A DNA stretch of 64,000 nt from Eledone cirrhosa. Its lineage: Eukaryota. The position numbers and the translations under genes were made by a program. How positions within the stretch are numbered: the first letter of the stretch is position 1; every line of letters begins with the position of its first letter. The notes under the pieces are model-generated. The model ran no database searches. It saw only the letters and a program-made list of their open reading frames with translations, and was not told the DNA's origin. Below, one piece after another: positions 13,589 to 26,523 of this stretch. Location of the stretch: NCBI GenBank assembly GCA_964016885.1, contig OZ024740.1, positions 425,258,001 through 425,322,000 on the forward strand, in the 5' to 3' direction.

Positions 13589-13688
13589 TATATATATATA
13601 TATTCAGAGAAAGAGAGAGGAATGTAAAAATAACCCGAGTGCGACGTCAGGCAGATTTAGTTTGTGTTCACCATGCTTTTTCAAGGGT

Positions 13689-13690
<2 letters not shown>

Positions 13691-13774
<84 letters not shown>
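13691..13774. repeat. (CA)n microsatellite
   Basis: Directly visible. Confidence 0.95.
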
Positions 13775-13776
<2 letters not shown>

Positions 13777-13895
13777 ATAATGCAAGGCGCAGTTATAAGA
13801 AATTAGAACATAATCTCAGATCTTTGTGTTGGAAAAAATAATTGTTTTTATCTTTTTCGATACATACATTCAAAACGATAGATAGATAGATAGAT

Positions 13896-14879
13896 ATATT
13901 TCTTTTATTTGCCACTAGGGCATCAAAAGTGGGACAAGTACAAAGGGGGGAGTTTACACAAAAAGGCGTCCTCTATAAGGAGGAGGCAATAACAAAATAT
14001 AAAAATAAAATAAGATATAACAAAAAATAAAATTTTTAACAAAATCCTCAATAGAGAGGAGGCGCCTTGGGGGGTCGCACACACCCCCGAAAAAAGTGTG
14101 CAACCCTTCTCCTCAGGAGCACAGAGAAGGGGTGCTCCCTTGGTCTTTCATCTTCCTCACCTATAGTCTGATGTAGAGTGAAGGCCCATTCACACGGGCC
14201 ATTCTCGCCACTTTCACCCATCTTTCATAGAAACGGCTGGGGTGCAGCACCTCTCTCTCCATCCTGATCCTTCTTCCGAAATGATATCGGAAGAAACGGA
14301 CCAGTTGTTGGCCAGAGAGAAAGGTGCCCGACCTCAGTCCTTTCAGACGCGTCCACCATACAACCTCTTTCGCCATGGCTATTACGCACAGAAACACCGC
14401 CTCTGCTTCATCTTTGAAGGGGGGAGGCGGCTTGATCATTACAATAGACTCGGTGGTCAACCGGATCGGTCCCACCCTTGACAGCAGTTGTTCGACATAG
14501 CCCCACAGATCGGCTACGCCCGAGCAGTGTACTAATGCGTGTGCAACGGTTTCCTCGTCGCACACGCATCTGGGACAGATCTTTTTGGCGGGGTCCCTAC
14601 CCGGGCGCCCGTGTCTGTAGAGCCTTTCTCGAACGGGTAAAGCCCCTCGGTAGCACTGCCAGGCCAGGGACTTCTGGAAGTTGTCCATAGGTCCCGGGCT
14701 GAATGTCCTACCGAAAAGGCTGGCCAGTTCGTCCTCCTCCATGTCTAGGGCTTCTCCGAGGGCGTCGTCGCACCTGCTGCGTACCAGCCCTCTATAGAAT
14801 GTTGCGGTGGAGTCTCCACTGATAACCGGATCCGCCTGCCAGAGGGCGGTGAGCGCCTGGGCACACTCAGTGTGCCAGG

Positions 14880-14880
<1 letters not shown>
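13896..14880 (-). mobile_element. Tx1-clade LINE #3, 5'-truncated, inserted in (GATA)n
   Basis: ORF 14161..14742 homologous to the Tx1 #1 ORF2 C-terminus (MDNFQKSLAWQCYRGALPV, CPRC..ETVAHALVHC); 3' end CCCTAGTGGCAAATAAAAGAAAT; GATA repeats on both sides. Confidence 0.9.
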
Positions 14881-14910
<30 letters not shown>

Positions 14911-15113
14911 CTACAAATGGGTGTCCATCCTCATGAGAAACGATCCTTATGCCCATGTTATAGTTATTTCGTACATAGACGGGCGTCTCAGCAAATTGTG
15001 TGAACATTTTGCGAATTTGATCAACCGTGATTCATCTACCAACCAGTTACTCCACACAAATAACCTCCAACTCATGGACTGACGTGGTTATGTGTGTGAA
15101 GATATCTTGAAAA

Positions 15114-15298
15114 TAATTATTTCTACTTTTGGCACAAGGCCAGCAAATACCCAGTGCATTACTGGTACTTTATTTTATCGTCCCCGTAAGGATGAAAGGC
15201 AACTACGGCGGGATTTGAACTCAGAATAGCAAGGGCCGTAACACTATGCGTCAAAGCATGGCGTCCGACGCTCTACCGATGCTGCGAATCCACCGCCT
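15114..15298 (-). mobile_element. SINE family A, full length
   Basis: Reverse strand: tRNA-like head with A box and B box (GAGTTCAAATCCC), conserved core, tail. Confidence 0.85.
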
Positions 15299-15452
15299 AA
15301 ATAAATAAATAAAATAAAGACATGTTATAAATAAAATAAGGACATGTTAGAAAAATGTTATTCTAGATGAGTGTTTCTTTAAATGTTTTTTTCTTTATAC
15401 CCCCCCCCCCCCCCCGTTAATCAGCTCACCATACTAATTTCCCAAGTATATA

Positions 15453-15644
15453 TAATTGTTTCTACTTTTGGCACAAGGCCAGCAATTATCCTAGTACATC
15501 TCTGGTACTTTATTTTATCGACCCCGTAAGGATGAAAGGCAAAGTTAAACTCGGCGGGATTTGAACTCAGACCATAAAGGGCCACAACTCTTTGCTGCAA
15601 AGTATGTGGTCCGACGCTCTACCGATACTGCCAATCCACAGCCC
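15453..15644 (-). mobile_element. SINE family A, full length
   Basis: Same head, core and tail as 15114..15298. Confidence 0.85.
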
Positions 15645-15939
15645 ATATCTTGAAAATAATAACAAGGCTCCGAACGAGGATTGTTTAGCTCCTGACATCT
15701 TGGTCTCCTAGCTACACCGTCTGATCAGATGCATCTGAGACACGTTATCTATTCCATAAGACTGGAGTTATAAAGTCCCTCATTGAAAAATTAACGTTGG
15801 ACACACCCAGAATCTGTACAATCCCCGGAAGCAATCTCCAAACATATACATTCGCTGAACATGAACTGATACAGAGACACATAAATAAACTACTAAGACA
15901 TGGTTCTTTTTGTCATGACACCCACATGAACACCTTATT

Positions 15940-16123
15940 GTGAGGACTGGGTGCCTTTTATCGTGTCAGCAACACGACCACTTTACAGTGAGGACTTGGT
16001 GCCTTTTATCGTGTCATCAACACGATCACTTTACAGTGCGGCCTGGGTGCATTATTTCGTGGCACCAACACGACTACTTTACAGTGCGGACTGGGTGCCT
16101 TTGGTGGCATGTCACCAGCACGA
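15940..16123. repeat. 48-bp minisatellite, ~4 copies
   Basis: GTG(A/C)GG(A/C)CT.GGTGC unit starts at 15940, 15988, 16036 and 16084; internal TCGTG..CACGA dyad. Confidence 0.85.
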
Positions 16124-16406
16124 TAATTGAATATGAAATAAAACAAACATAAAATAAAATAAAATAAAATAAAAACATAAAATAAGCCAAATAACTTCTT
16201 CGTTTATGACTTCACACGCACACATATACAAACACGCCCACCCATACTCACATACATATATACAGATAATAATTCGTTATTTAATTCAATGGGAATATAT
16301 TTGGCGTTACATGGAACCAGGATAAACTGCGATTACATATTCTTAATTATAATGATGTATGTGTGTATGTATGTATGTATGTATATATGTATGTGTATGT
16401 ATATAT

Positions 16407-16756
16407 GCGGGGACATAGAAATAATCGGGCTGGATACCCGATCGCGCGGTTAAACCACTGGGAGTGAAGGACCCCTAGCCTTTGTCAGGGCATTCTTCTA
16501 GGAGAATGCAACTCAGGAAACTGGGATAACTCCGACGTAAAACCTGCGGTTCAGTAGTTACCGTTGATGTTGATCTTTTCTTCTTTTCGGATTATAGCTA
16601 CTGTCGCTCAGAGAGTGGCATTGGCTCAGTGCACAGTCTTTCCCGACTTAAAAAAAAATCTTCACGCACAGGCATTGCACGATAGAATTAATTAATAATT
16701 ATTAATACTGTTATATTGTGCAATGACCATACTCGATAACAAGGGGGCAGCCATCA
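16407..16756 (+). mobile_element. GC-richer ~350-bp non-coding insertion in (ATGT)n, probably a non-autonomous retroposon
   Basis: Compositional island flanked by ATGT/TA repeats; no ORF; family not identified. Confidence 0.35.
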
Positions 16757-18020
16757 TGTATGTATGTATATATATATATGTATGTGCATGTATGTGTATA
16801 TGTGTGTGAGCACGCGTAGATTTATACTGCTAGGAGTTTTAGTGAACGATAAGATGTTTTCTTTAAAGTTCATACACGTGTGTGTATATGGATTGATCGG
16901 TGTGTGTTTATATAGTACATTGATTTACAACTGTATATCTGGGGGACAGAGCCGAGTATTGCTGATAGGTGTTAAGAGTGCTGAGATGTCAGATGTCCAC
17001 CCAGTAATAACCACACACAGTAGAATTTCTAAAACAGAAATAACACAAAAAGCAATAGCACGAAAGGTTACAAGATACTTAATATATGTGTGCCGTATTT
17101 TAAGTTATACGTTGTAGAAACTGAATAAAATATGATAAAAAGTATATAGCTAAGTAAATTTCTTTTTTTCTGATATTCAACAACCGTTTATTTTATGGCA
17201 TATGTGTTTATTTTAATGAAGATAATATCATGTATTATTTTGAAGCAAAGGTCGTCTGTACCTTATATAATGAAAACATCGTGTCCACCATATATATTGA
17301 TAGTGTAGTGTCAGTTGTACCATTCATTTGCAAATACAGTAAAAAAAAAAACAACGAGTCAGCTGTACCTTACGTAGAGAAAATGGCCGTGTCATTTTCT
17401 ACCTCACATATTGAAACTCAAATGTCAGATGTACTTTATAATGAGTAATTTGTTTCATTAAAAAAAATATATATATATATTTCTAATATTGAAGATAATG
17501 AGAAAAAACATTTCATAACGGTGTGAGATGGAGGCAAAGAGAGAAATAACATTCTGGTATGGGAGAAAAATGTTAAAGACACCGCCTACATTGTAGTGTT
17601 AACTTCAGATACTTTCAATATAAAATGGTAAAATCAGTTAACTCTACAGAATACTTCAGCAATGCTGGTATAGTCACTGCCTCCCTCTCTCTCATTCTCC
17701 CTATCTCTCACTATAATAAGCAAAAGGGGTCCACGTGTTGGCCAAACGAAATGAAAATATCAGATTCAACTGCTTTTTTAAAAAAATACATTTCGTTTTT
17801 TTTTGTTGTCGTTGAAGGAGTTTTGGCTATTATTTCTAGCAGGCCTGACGAATAATATCTTTTCAATAAAGATTTTATGCAAATCGAATCTTTCCACACT
17901 CTAATAATTGAGATTTTGATAAAAAAAAAAGAACCATGCCTTCAGAAATGTGTTTAACACTTGGCTCATCACTCATTAATACTTACAAAAAAACAACAAC
18001 AAAAGATGCTCACACCACGT

Positions 18021-18238
18021 GTGGGTTGGTAGAATCGGTAGAGCAGCAGACACCATGCTTTGCAGCATACAGTTACGGCCCTTTACACTCTGAGTTTAAA
18101 TCCCGCCGAGGTTAGCTTTGCCTTTCATCTTTACGGAGTCGATAAAATAAAGCACCAGTAATGTCCTGGGGTCGATTTAATTGACTTTCCCTCCTCTTCA
18201 AATTTCTGGCCTTGTGCATATAGTAGAAACCATTATTT
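18021..18238 (+). mobile_element. SINE family A (long variant)
   Basis: Head, core and extra GGGGTCGATTTAATTGACTTTCCCTC segment. Confidence 0.85.
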
Positions 18239-18414
18239 TTTTTATTAATGTCGGATTTATTATATGTCGTACCTTTGCTACCTTACATTAATCTTGTGAA
18301 ATATAAATAGAAAATTTCATTTGTACGCTCTTTCATTGTCTGTTATGTAATAGTCTATATTTTTAAGCTTTCCGGTACCCGTTTGATTTTAACCTAGCAG
18401 ATCAAACAAGCCAC

Positions 18415-18680
18415 TATGTCGGGCTGAGGAGGCCAAACTCTTCAAATACCGGTCGCTCTCCGACAGGTTTGCGGTTGTACCCTTGTTAGTGGAGACTTCT
18501 AGTATCCTCGGCCCTAGGGCTACTTCCCTATTCACCACCATAGGCGCTGAGCTGGCCAGCCGCAGGTGTGAGCCTCGCGAGCTGGAATGGCTTTTCCAGC
18601 GCGTCTCCCTTACCGTCCTCTGGGGAAACGCCTTCTCCATTATGTCCACCGGTGCTGTGGGGAGGCCACCAATATGATTG
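18415..18680 (+). mobile_element. 3' remnant of a CRE-clade (RLE) non-LTR retrotransposon
   Basis: RAEEAKLFKY..FAVVPLLVETSSILG..LFQRVSLTVLWGNA matches the CRE C-terminal pattern AE..K..KY..F.P.A.ET.G..G..FQR.S....RGNA. Confidence 0.7.
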
Positions 18681-19781
18681 ACTGGATTGTCATTTTATCA
18701 GTCAGATGTTTTATATACCTATACAGGGGGATTGTAATTGACCAGCTAACTGACTTCCTCACACCAGACCAAAATTGGAAACATCCTTGTTGTGGGAGGT
18801 GTTATTTTATTTATATCATTGTTATTTTTGTTGTTCTTCTTATTCAAATCCAACTCTGCTGTTTAAAAGCCTTGAAGGACAAATTGATTTGTGTTGGTCT
18901 AAGATACATATAGTTTGAGAAAAGGAAAATATGAGGTAAGTATAATTGAAATACTTTTAGCCCTTTAGTTAACAACACGGCCCAAACCAGCTCGGTTCTA
19001 TGAAATAAAACCACACATTTTAAAGGTTTTAAACATAATTTTATAAAGAAACTTTACACTCTACTAATGTATTGATTACCATTTTGACTATGGTTATCAC
19101 CAATTTACACACACACACACACATGTATATATATATATATATATATAACGACAGAACAGAACAACGAAAACAAGATGGGCTTCGCTACAGATTGATATGA
19201 TTAGTTTAACGCTTTGGAGAAGTGCAAAAATGTTAATATGAAGTTTCGGTTTGCACCCTTCTCCAGAAAAGTGTGTAAGAATAGAGGAGAAATAAGGAAA
19301 ACTCTTCGGTAAATCTCTCTGCGTTTTCATAAGGTTACATGAAGGAAAACATGTGGAGAGTTGACCATAAGTTGTGGGAAGGAAAAAACTGCAGTATGTG
19401 ACCCGATGAGTGAAAGGCAAACTTACATTGTGTATGTGTAACGTTGTATGTGTGTGTCTGTGTGTGTAACCTTATATATATGTGTATCCCTGTTGTGAGA
19501 TTATGTGTGTGTGTGTTTACCGCCAGTTTAACGGTGGCCGCATCCTATCAAATTTTCTGTTCACTTCATTTGACAGAAGAAATACGGAAAAAATTAAAAT
19601 GTTCAGATGAAATATAAAAGATGAAAGCAAAGGAAACAAGACCTCTATAGTTCGGTATGATGATGTTAGAATAGTTTGGCTAGTCTCGCTTGGGGATCCA
19701 GCTGGGTCAGTTGGAGATGGTTGCTTCTGACAGGACCCGCTTGAAGGAGTGTTTGAGGACTCTGCTCCCACAACTCTCTCA

Positions 19782-19784
<3 letters not shown>

Positions 19785-19818
<34 letters not shown>

Positions 19819-19822
19819 TAAC

Positions 19823-19860
<38 letters not shown>

Positions 19861-19887
19861 CATCTTCTTCTTCTTCTTCTTCTTCTT
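19785..19887. repeat. (TAA)n + (TCT)n microsatellite flanked by a 32-bp inverted repeat
   Basis: Directly visible; arms 19750-19781 and 19887-19918. Confidence 0.85.
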
Positions 19888-20199
19888 GAGAGAGTCGTGG
19901 GAGCAGAGTCCTCAAACATTGTGGAATTCTCACTAAAAGAGGAGGCATCAAAATATACAAATAGACTGAATTGATGACCCAGTCAAAAACAAAAATCAAA
20001 ATCAAAGCAGCACAGCAACAACGTAAAACGCAAAGGAAATAAAAATGAAGAGAAAAACAAACGGACGGACAGAGAAGGGAAGGGAAAAACTAAGTCAGAC
20101 ATTCAAACACTACATTACAATGACACTTATGCTTATTCATTTTTGGGTTTTTTCTGCCTGTTTGTTTGTTTGTTTATTTGGGTTCGTCTACAGCGTGAT

Positions 20200-23100
20200 A
20201 ATTCCACACAAAAGTCACGTGGAGTGACGAAACCACCGGAGACGAGTAATTCATCGGTGGTTATGTAACCATACATTCGCCAATCCTCGATAAGAGTGTT
20301 TAAATGTCGAACCTAAACAGTTCGAATAACGGTGAAATGGAGACTAGAATGTCATGTGACAGACTCTCACCCAACAGGTGCTCCCTGGCTCAGCAGCAGG
20401 GACCTGGCTGTCAACTAAATACTGCTGGTGTCGGAGGAAGAAGAAGAAGGAAAGGGACCAGAACCAACTGGACGAAAGAATTGAATAGAACTGTTATGCA
20501 ATGTTACCTGAAGAGTAACCCCAAGGAGAAGGGCTATAGGAAAAGGATGCATAACATCTGGAACGAGATTGGTCCATTTAAATTAGATGAACAAAAACTG
20601 GCCGGGCAGGCTCGGGTAATAAGAACTAATGGGTGGATAAGCGAGCTGGAACTGGAGGAACTGAGCAGAGAGATTAGCTTGGAGATGGAGAGTGGAGTGT
20701 GCCAGGCAAACGAGCCAGTGTGCCAGTGTGCCAGGTGAAGAGGTCGAGAGAACCGAGGAACCACCCGGAGCAGACAATGATCTGAATGCTGAGATAAATA
20801 ATACCTGGAACAGAGATACGGCCACTGAGGAGATGAATGCTGACGGGCTAGGACAAGATTTGGTTGATATCCTAAACTTAGTGGTAGATGAATTGAACAA
20901 TGATAGTGGGAGACCTATGAACCTAAGATTTGTAGACAGGAAAAAGTTAAAAGAAACAACAGCTAAGGTAAACAAAGTGATCCCATACCTTGAGGCGAGG
21001 AGCCTTCACCAGTGCAACAATATCCTCAAAGCAACAGCAAATACGGTGAGGAAACTACTTGGTATAAAAGCGAGAGGAAACAACAGACAAGAAAGAGCAG
21101 AGCCTTGGTGGAAGAAACGACTGAGTGGTCAAATCATGGAAATGAGAAATGACATTGGAAAGCTTGAGTCTCTACTGAATGGGACACTAAAAAACATAGA
21201 CACTAAAAATAGACTGGAAATAAAGTACAAAACTAGGAGGAAAAAGCTATATATTTTCATAGAGGAACTGAAGCAACGCATTGTAGCAAAGAGTGCAAAA
21301 ATCAGGCGATACGAGAACAGAGTCAGTCAGTATAGACTGAACCGCATGTTCGACAACAACCAGAAGATGCTGTTTGGACAGCTTGAAAGGAAGGAAAGAG
21401 GCAACGACTTGATCCCTGAGGCGGAACAAACTAAAACATTCTGGAGAGGAATATGGCAGCAGGATGTAACACATCATGACCAGGCAGTGTGGATTGAGAC
21501 AGTACAGAAGGAGATCAGTGAACAGGTACACCAACAAACTGATTTGAGTATCACAGTTGAAACTCTTAAGGGGCAGGCCAAAAAACTAACCAACTGGAAA
21601 TCACCTGGCCCAGATGGTGTGCAGGGGTATTGGATTAAAAACATAACATCCCTCCACCCGAAACTGACAACCATGTTCAATGACTGCTTGATGTCAGGTG
21701 AGGTACCAGAGTGGTTGACAAAAGGTACCACAGTTCTGATAATGAAAGACCGAATCAAGGGTAATGATGTTATCAACTATAGACATATCACATGTCCGTC
21801 CGTAATGTGGAAACTGTTGACAAGCATTATGTCTGAGGAAATCTACCATCACCTCCACACAAACAACTTGTTACCGGACGAACAGAAAGGATGCCGAAAG
21901 AAGTCACGTGGTACAAAGGACCAGTTACTTATTGATAAGATGGTAATGAGGAATTGCAAGAGGAGACACACTGGTCTTGACATGGGATGGATAGACTACA
22001 AAAAGGCATTTGACCTGGTGCCTCATTCTTGGATCACCAAAAGCCTGTAGATCTTCAAGGTGGCAGATAATATCAGACAGTTGTTGGGCAAAAGTATGAA
22101 GTCCTGGGAAACAGAGTTAACATCATCTGGAGAATCCTTGGGAAGCGTGAAGATCAAGAGAGGTATCTTCCAGGGAGATAGTCTGTCCCCTCTGTTGTTT
22201 GTCCTTGCCCTGATGCCTCTGACCATTATACTGCGAAAAGTGAGAGCAGGATACAAGGTGGGAATGGGAGAGCTTACCATCAATCACCTCCTCTTCATGG
22301 ACGATCTTAAGCTCTTCGGGAAGAGTGAGAAGGAGTTGGATGTGCTTGTTGACACTGTCCGTATTTTCAGCAATGATATATGTATGCAATTTGGTATTAG
22401 TAAGTGTGGAGTCATTGTGATGAGGAGGGGTAAGTTGAGCAGAAGTAACGGAATCCAGATACCAACATGTGAGATGATAAAGGAAATTGACTCTGAGGAA
22501 GGATACAAGTATTTGTGCGTTCTGGAGGCTGATGACATCAAGAACAAAAAAATGAAGGAATTGATAAGAACTGAATACATTCGGAGAATAAGGAGCGTAT
22601 TAAAGTCACATCTGAACAGTAGGAATGCCATAAGTGCAGTAAATTCCCGAGCTGTGTCTATTATTAGGTACAGTGCGGGAATTCTGAGATGGAATGTTGT
22701 TGAACAAAAAGAAATGGATAGGAAGACTAGGAAGCTATTGACTATCTACAATGTGTTCCACAAGAGGAGTGATGTCGATAGACTCTACTTAAGGAGATTT
22801 GAGGGTGGAAGAGGTCTTATCAGCGTAGAGGACAGTGTTCAGATGGAGAAAAACAACCTACACAAATACGTGACTGATAGTAAGGAGCCAATGCTCAGAA
22901 CTGTACTGAAGGAGGGGGCAATAGGCCAGGGGCTGTCCAAGGAGGAAATAACATCAAGGAGAAAGAGCAGCCTTCAGGAAAAATCCCTTCATAGTACCTT
23001 CTTTGAGAAAACTGAATTTAGAGATACACAGACATGGAACTGGTTGAGAAGAGGAGACCTCAAAAAGGCTACAGAAGGAATGTTAATGGCTGCGCAGGAG

Positions 23101-23840
23101 CAGGCCCTCAAAACGAAGTGGTTGAAACACCACATTTACAAGGAGGAGGCTAGCCCACTGTGCAGGATCTGTGGAGAGAGAGAGGAGACTGTGGCTCACA
23201 TTGTATCCGAGTGTAAACACCTAGCCCAGACTCATAATAAGGGCTGGAGACATGATGTGATGGGCAGGGTGATCCACTGGCACCTATGCAAAGTAAACAA
23301 TTTACCACATTCTGAGAAGTGGTATGAGCATAAACCAGAGGTGGTGATAGAAAACGATCAGGTGTAGGTGCTGTGGGATTTTAGGATACAGACGGACAAG
23401 AAACTGGAACACAATAGACCTGACCTGGTGGTTTTGGACAAAGAAAAAAGATCGTGCCTGATTGTGGATGTGGTCTGCCCATTCGACACGAGAGTGCAAG
23501 AGAAGGAGAGGGAGAAAATTAACCAATACCAGGACTTAAAGTGGGAGGTAAAAAGGATTTGGAACTGCCATGAAGTCAAAGTGATCCCGATTGTCATAGG
23601 CGCATTAGGGACTATCTCAAAAGGTTTCCAGGGATGGTTAAAGAAAATTGGCCCCTTCACGCTTTTTGAAACGCTTCAAAAGGCATGCTTGTTGGGAACA
23701 GCAAGAACCCACCGATACGTCCTGAATATCTGAGGCTGCAGGTAGTGGCTTGATATTCATCTCAACAAACATTCCAGTTAACTAACATCAATGACTGAGA
23801 CTCAAAGAGTAATAACAATAACATTAATAATAATAATAAT
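20200..23840 (+). mobile_element. R4/Dong-clade RLE LINE, near full length, inactivated (5' boundary approximate)
   Basis: N-terminal WTKELN..GYRKRM..W..EQKLAGQARVI domain; RT NWKSPGPDG, EQKGCR, WIDYKKAFD, GIFQGDSLSP, LFMDDLK; CRIC..ETVAHIVSEC, RHD, RPDLV RLE. Frameshift ~20720, TAG stops at 22048 and 23365; TAA-type tail. Confidence 0.9.
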
Positions 23841-24745
23841 ACAAAAATCAGGCGATACGAGAACAGAGTCAGTCAGTATAGACAGAACCGCATGTTCGAC
23901 AACAACCAGAAGATGCTGTTTGGACAGCTTGAAGGGAAAGAAAGAGGCAACGACTTGATCCCTGAGGCGGAACAAACTAAAGCATTCTGGAGAGGAATAT
24001 GGGAGCAGGATGTTAAACATAATGACCAGGCAGTGTGGATTGAGACAGTACAGAAGGAGATCAGTGAACAGGCACACCAACAAACTGATTTGAGTATCAC
24101 AGTTGAAACTCTTAAGGGGCAGGCCAAAAAACTAACCAACTGGAGATCGCCAGGCCCAGATGGTGTGCAGGGGTATTGGATTAAAAACATAACATCCCTC
24201 CACCCGAAACTGACAACCATGTTCAATGACTGCTTGATGTCAGGTGAGGTACCAGAGTGGTTGACAAAAGGTACCACAGTTCTGATAATGAAAGACCGAA
24301 TCGAGGATAATGATGTTACCAACTATAGACCTATCACATGTCTGTCCGTAATGTGGAAACTGTTGACAAGCATTATGTCTGAGGAAATCTACCATCACCT
24401 CCACACAAACAACTTGTTACCGGACGAACAGAAAGGATGCCGAAAGAAGTCACGTGGTACAAAGGACCAGCTAGATCAAGAGAGGTATCTTCCAGGGAGA
24501 TAGTCTGTCCCCTCGGTTGTTTGTCCTTGCCCTGATGCCCCTGACCAGGGATGGTTAAAGAAAATTGGCCCCTTCACGCTTTTTGGAACGCTTCAAAAGG
24601 CATGCTTGCTGGAACCCTCCGATACGTCCTGAATATCTGAGGCTGCAGGTAGTGGCTTGATATTCATCTCAACAAACTTTCCAGTTAACTAACATCAATG
24701 GATGAGACTCAAAGAGTAATAACAATAATAATAATAATAATAATA
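23841..24745 (+). mobile_element. Second R4/Dong copy, 5'-truncated with two internal deletions, tandem to the first
   Basis: Matches 21296-21924, then 22151-22225, then 23630-23815; has its own TAA tail. Confidence 0.9.
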
Positions 24746-25029
24746 TTATTATTGTTTTGGTCCTTTTCTAGTCCAGGCAGCGCGTTATGCCTTGATAAAA
24801 GTCACTTTAACTTACATTACTACAACATACTCAGCTTGAAGAACGACCTGAGCCCTATGTGATGACACTGCTGTCAAACTGTATCGTCCATTGTCTTTGT
24901 CTGGGAAAATTCTGTGACTGTTTGTATAGGTAACTGCTGGTCTTCTTGCTCAGGCGTTCGCTTCGGATAGGAGCTTTCTATGTACATATGCATGGTCAGT
25001 CATGACCGAAGGGTGCCAGAATATATAGA

Positions 25030-25240
25030 TAGTGGGGGAGGTTGACTGTATTTACGTTGACACCGCTTCACAACCGGTACTGTTTGATTATGTTCCACAA
25101 TTTAATGGTTTGATTAAGAGTGATTGATAAAATATATACCGGTCTTAAAATTCGGTACTTTAGTCGACATGTTCTACTAAATCCTTGAAAGCACTGCCCC
25201 AGTATGGCCACAGTTCAACGACTGAAACCAGTAAAAAAAA
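25030..25240 (+). mobile_element. SINE family B fragment
   Basis: 3' motif CTGCCCCAGTATGGCCACAGTTCAACGACTGAAACCAGTAAAA with A-rich tail, resembling octopus SINE 3' ends. Confidence 0.5.
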
Positions 25241-26490
25241 ATGAAAAAAAAATGAAATAAAATAAAAAATAAAATACAAGAATAGGGGGAAGAGTGTAAA
25301 TGAAACCCTAGATAAAAGAACTGGTCAAACACAGCTAACCCTCTTTAACGTTATCCCATAAAATAGAAAACACTATAAACACATTGTAATGATTTTATGT
25401 TTATTGCAGTGCTGAAAATAATCACCTGTCTGACCTGAATTCATTGAAAAAGTGTTACTCGCCAACTGGATTGAATTAGTGACTTTTAGAGGCTATTTCC
25501 GGTTTATACTAAAACTCCTCCTGTAAATTTTTCTGTTTTATTTACTCGTTTTCTCTTTCGATATTTATGTCACCGGCTCTAATAGCTTTCTCCCCAATTA
25601 TAAGATATTTTTCTCAAGTTTAGTGTGTGTGTTTGTGTTCTTTTTTTTTTTTGTGAAGTATTATTCTCAATTTGAAGCAAATCTTTCCTGGTATGTGAGA
25701 GGATAAGGATATTATCCCATAGGTTAGGAATTAAGGTTCCTATTTCGAATTAAGTTTGGGGCTTTTAGCATATATACACATCCAGCTAATAAATAAGACA
25801 CATGGTGACGGTCAGAGAAAAAACTGATCACTACGTCGTGTAGATGGAAATATTAAGGGGAAAAAATCATCTTCAAAGATGAAATTAAGTCCGAAAATTT
25901 ATAAGGTTAACTTTTCCATTTTTGTCTTTGTTCTAAATTTGATAAATAGAATTATGGTGTGTTTACTGAGATAGGTACGAGAGTGGGCTGAAACGTTCTT
26001 TCTCTGACTATGAAGAAAGGATGCTAGGGCTGTGAAATCTTGTATGAATTATGGCATTTACATAGTTAAACAATTGGTGTACAACAATTGTATCGAAAAC
26101 AATAAGGAGAACCCTTCACTTTAACGGAAACCTATATGTCACCTTTACCTTTTGACCGATGTGAGAAATAAAGATGTGACATTAATTTGTTAGGGAGTAG
26201 GATCAAATGGTACCTTTTACCTGTAACGTGATCTTGTTACAACCTTTAAGAAACGACGGAACCGGAAATTATCGTCTACGTACATGTACAAATACTCGCA
26301 TGGAAAGACACATATACACATATACACACATACACGCATTACACGCAAACATACACACAAGCAATTTCCACAAATCAACCAATGGGAGACTTCAAGGGGC
26401 TACTTGACCAGGTAAAAATAGCAACCGAATCTTCCTTAAATCCCACGCTGAACATCGTTAAATATTGCAAGACATATTCTGTAATCCTAG

Positions 26491-26522
<32 letters not shown>

Positions 26523-26523
<1 letters not shown>

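Noticed and set aside
15230-15298. tRNA gene
   Set aside because: It is the tRNA-like head of a multicopy SINE and has no complete cloverleaf.
18726-18941. Possible host exon (CAG/..GAG/GTAAGT)
   Set aside because: All three frames contain stops and no partner exons can be supported; it could only be non-coding and needs RNA-seq.
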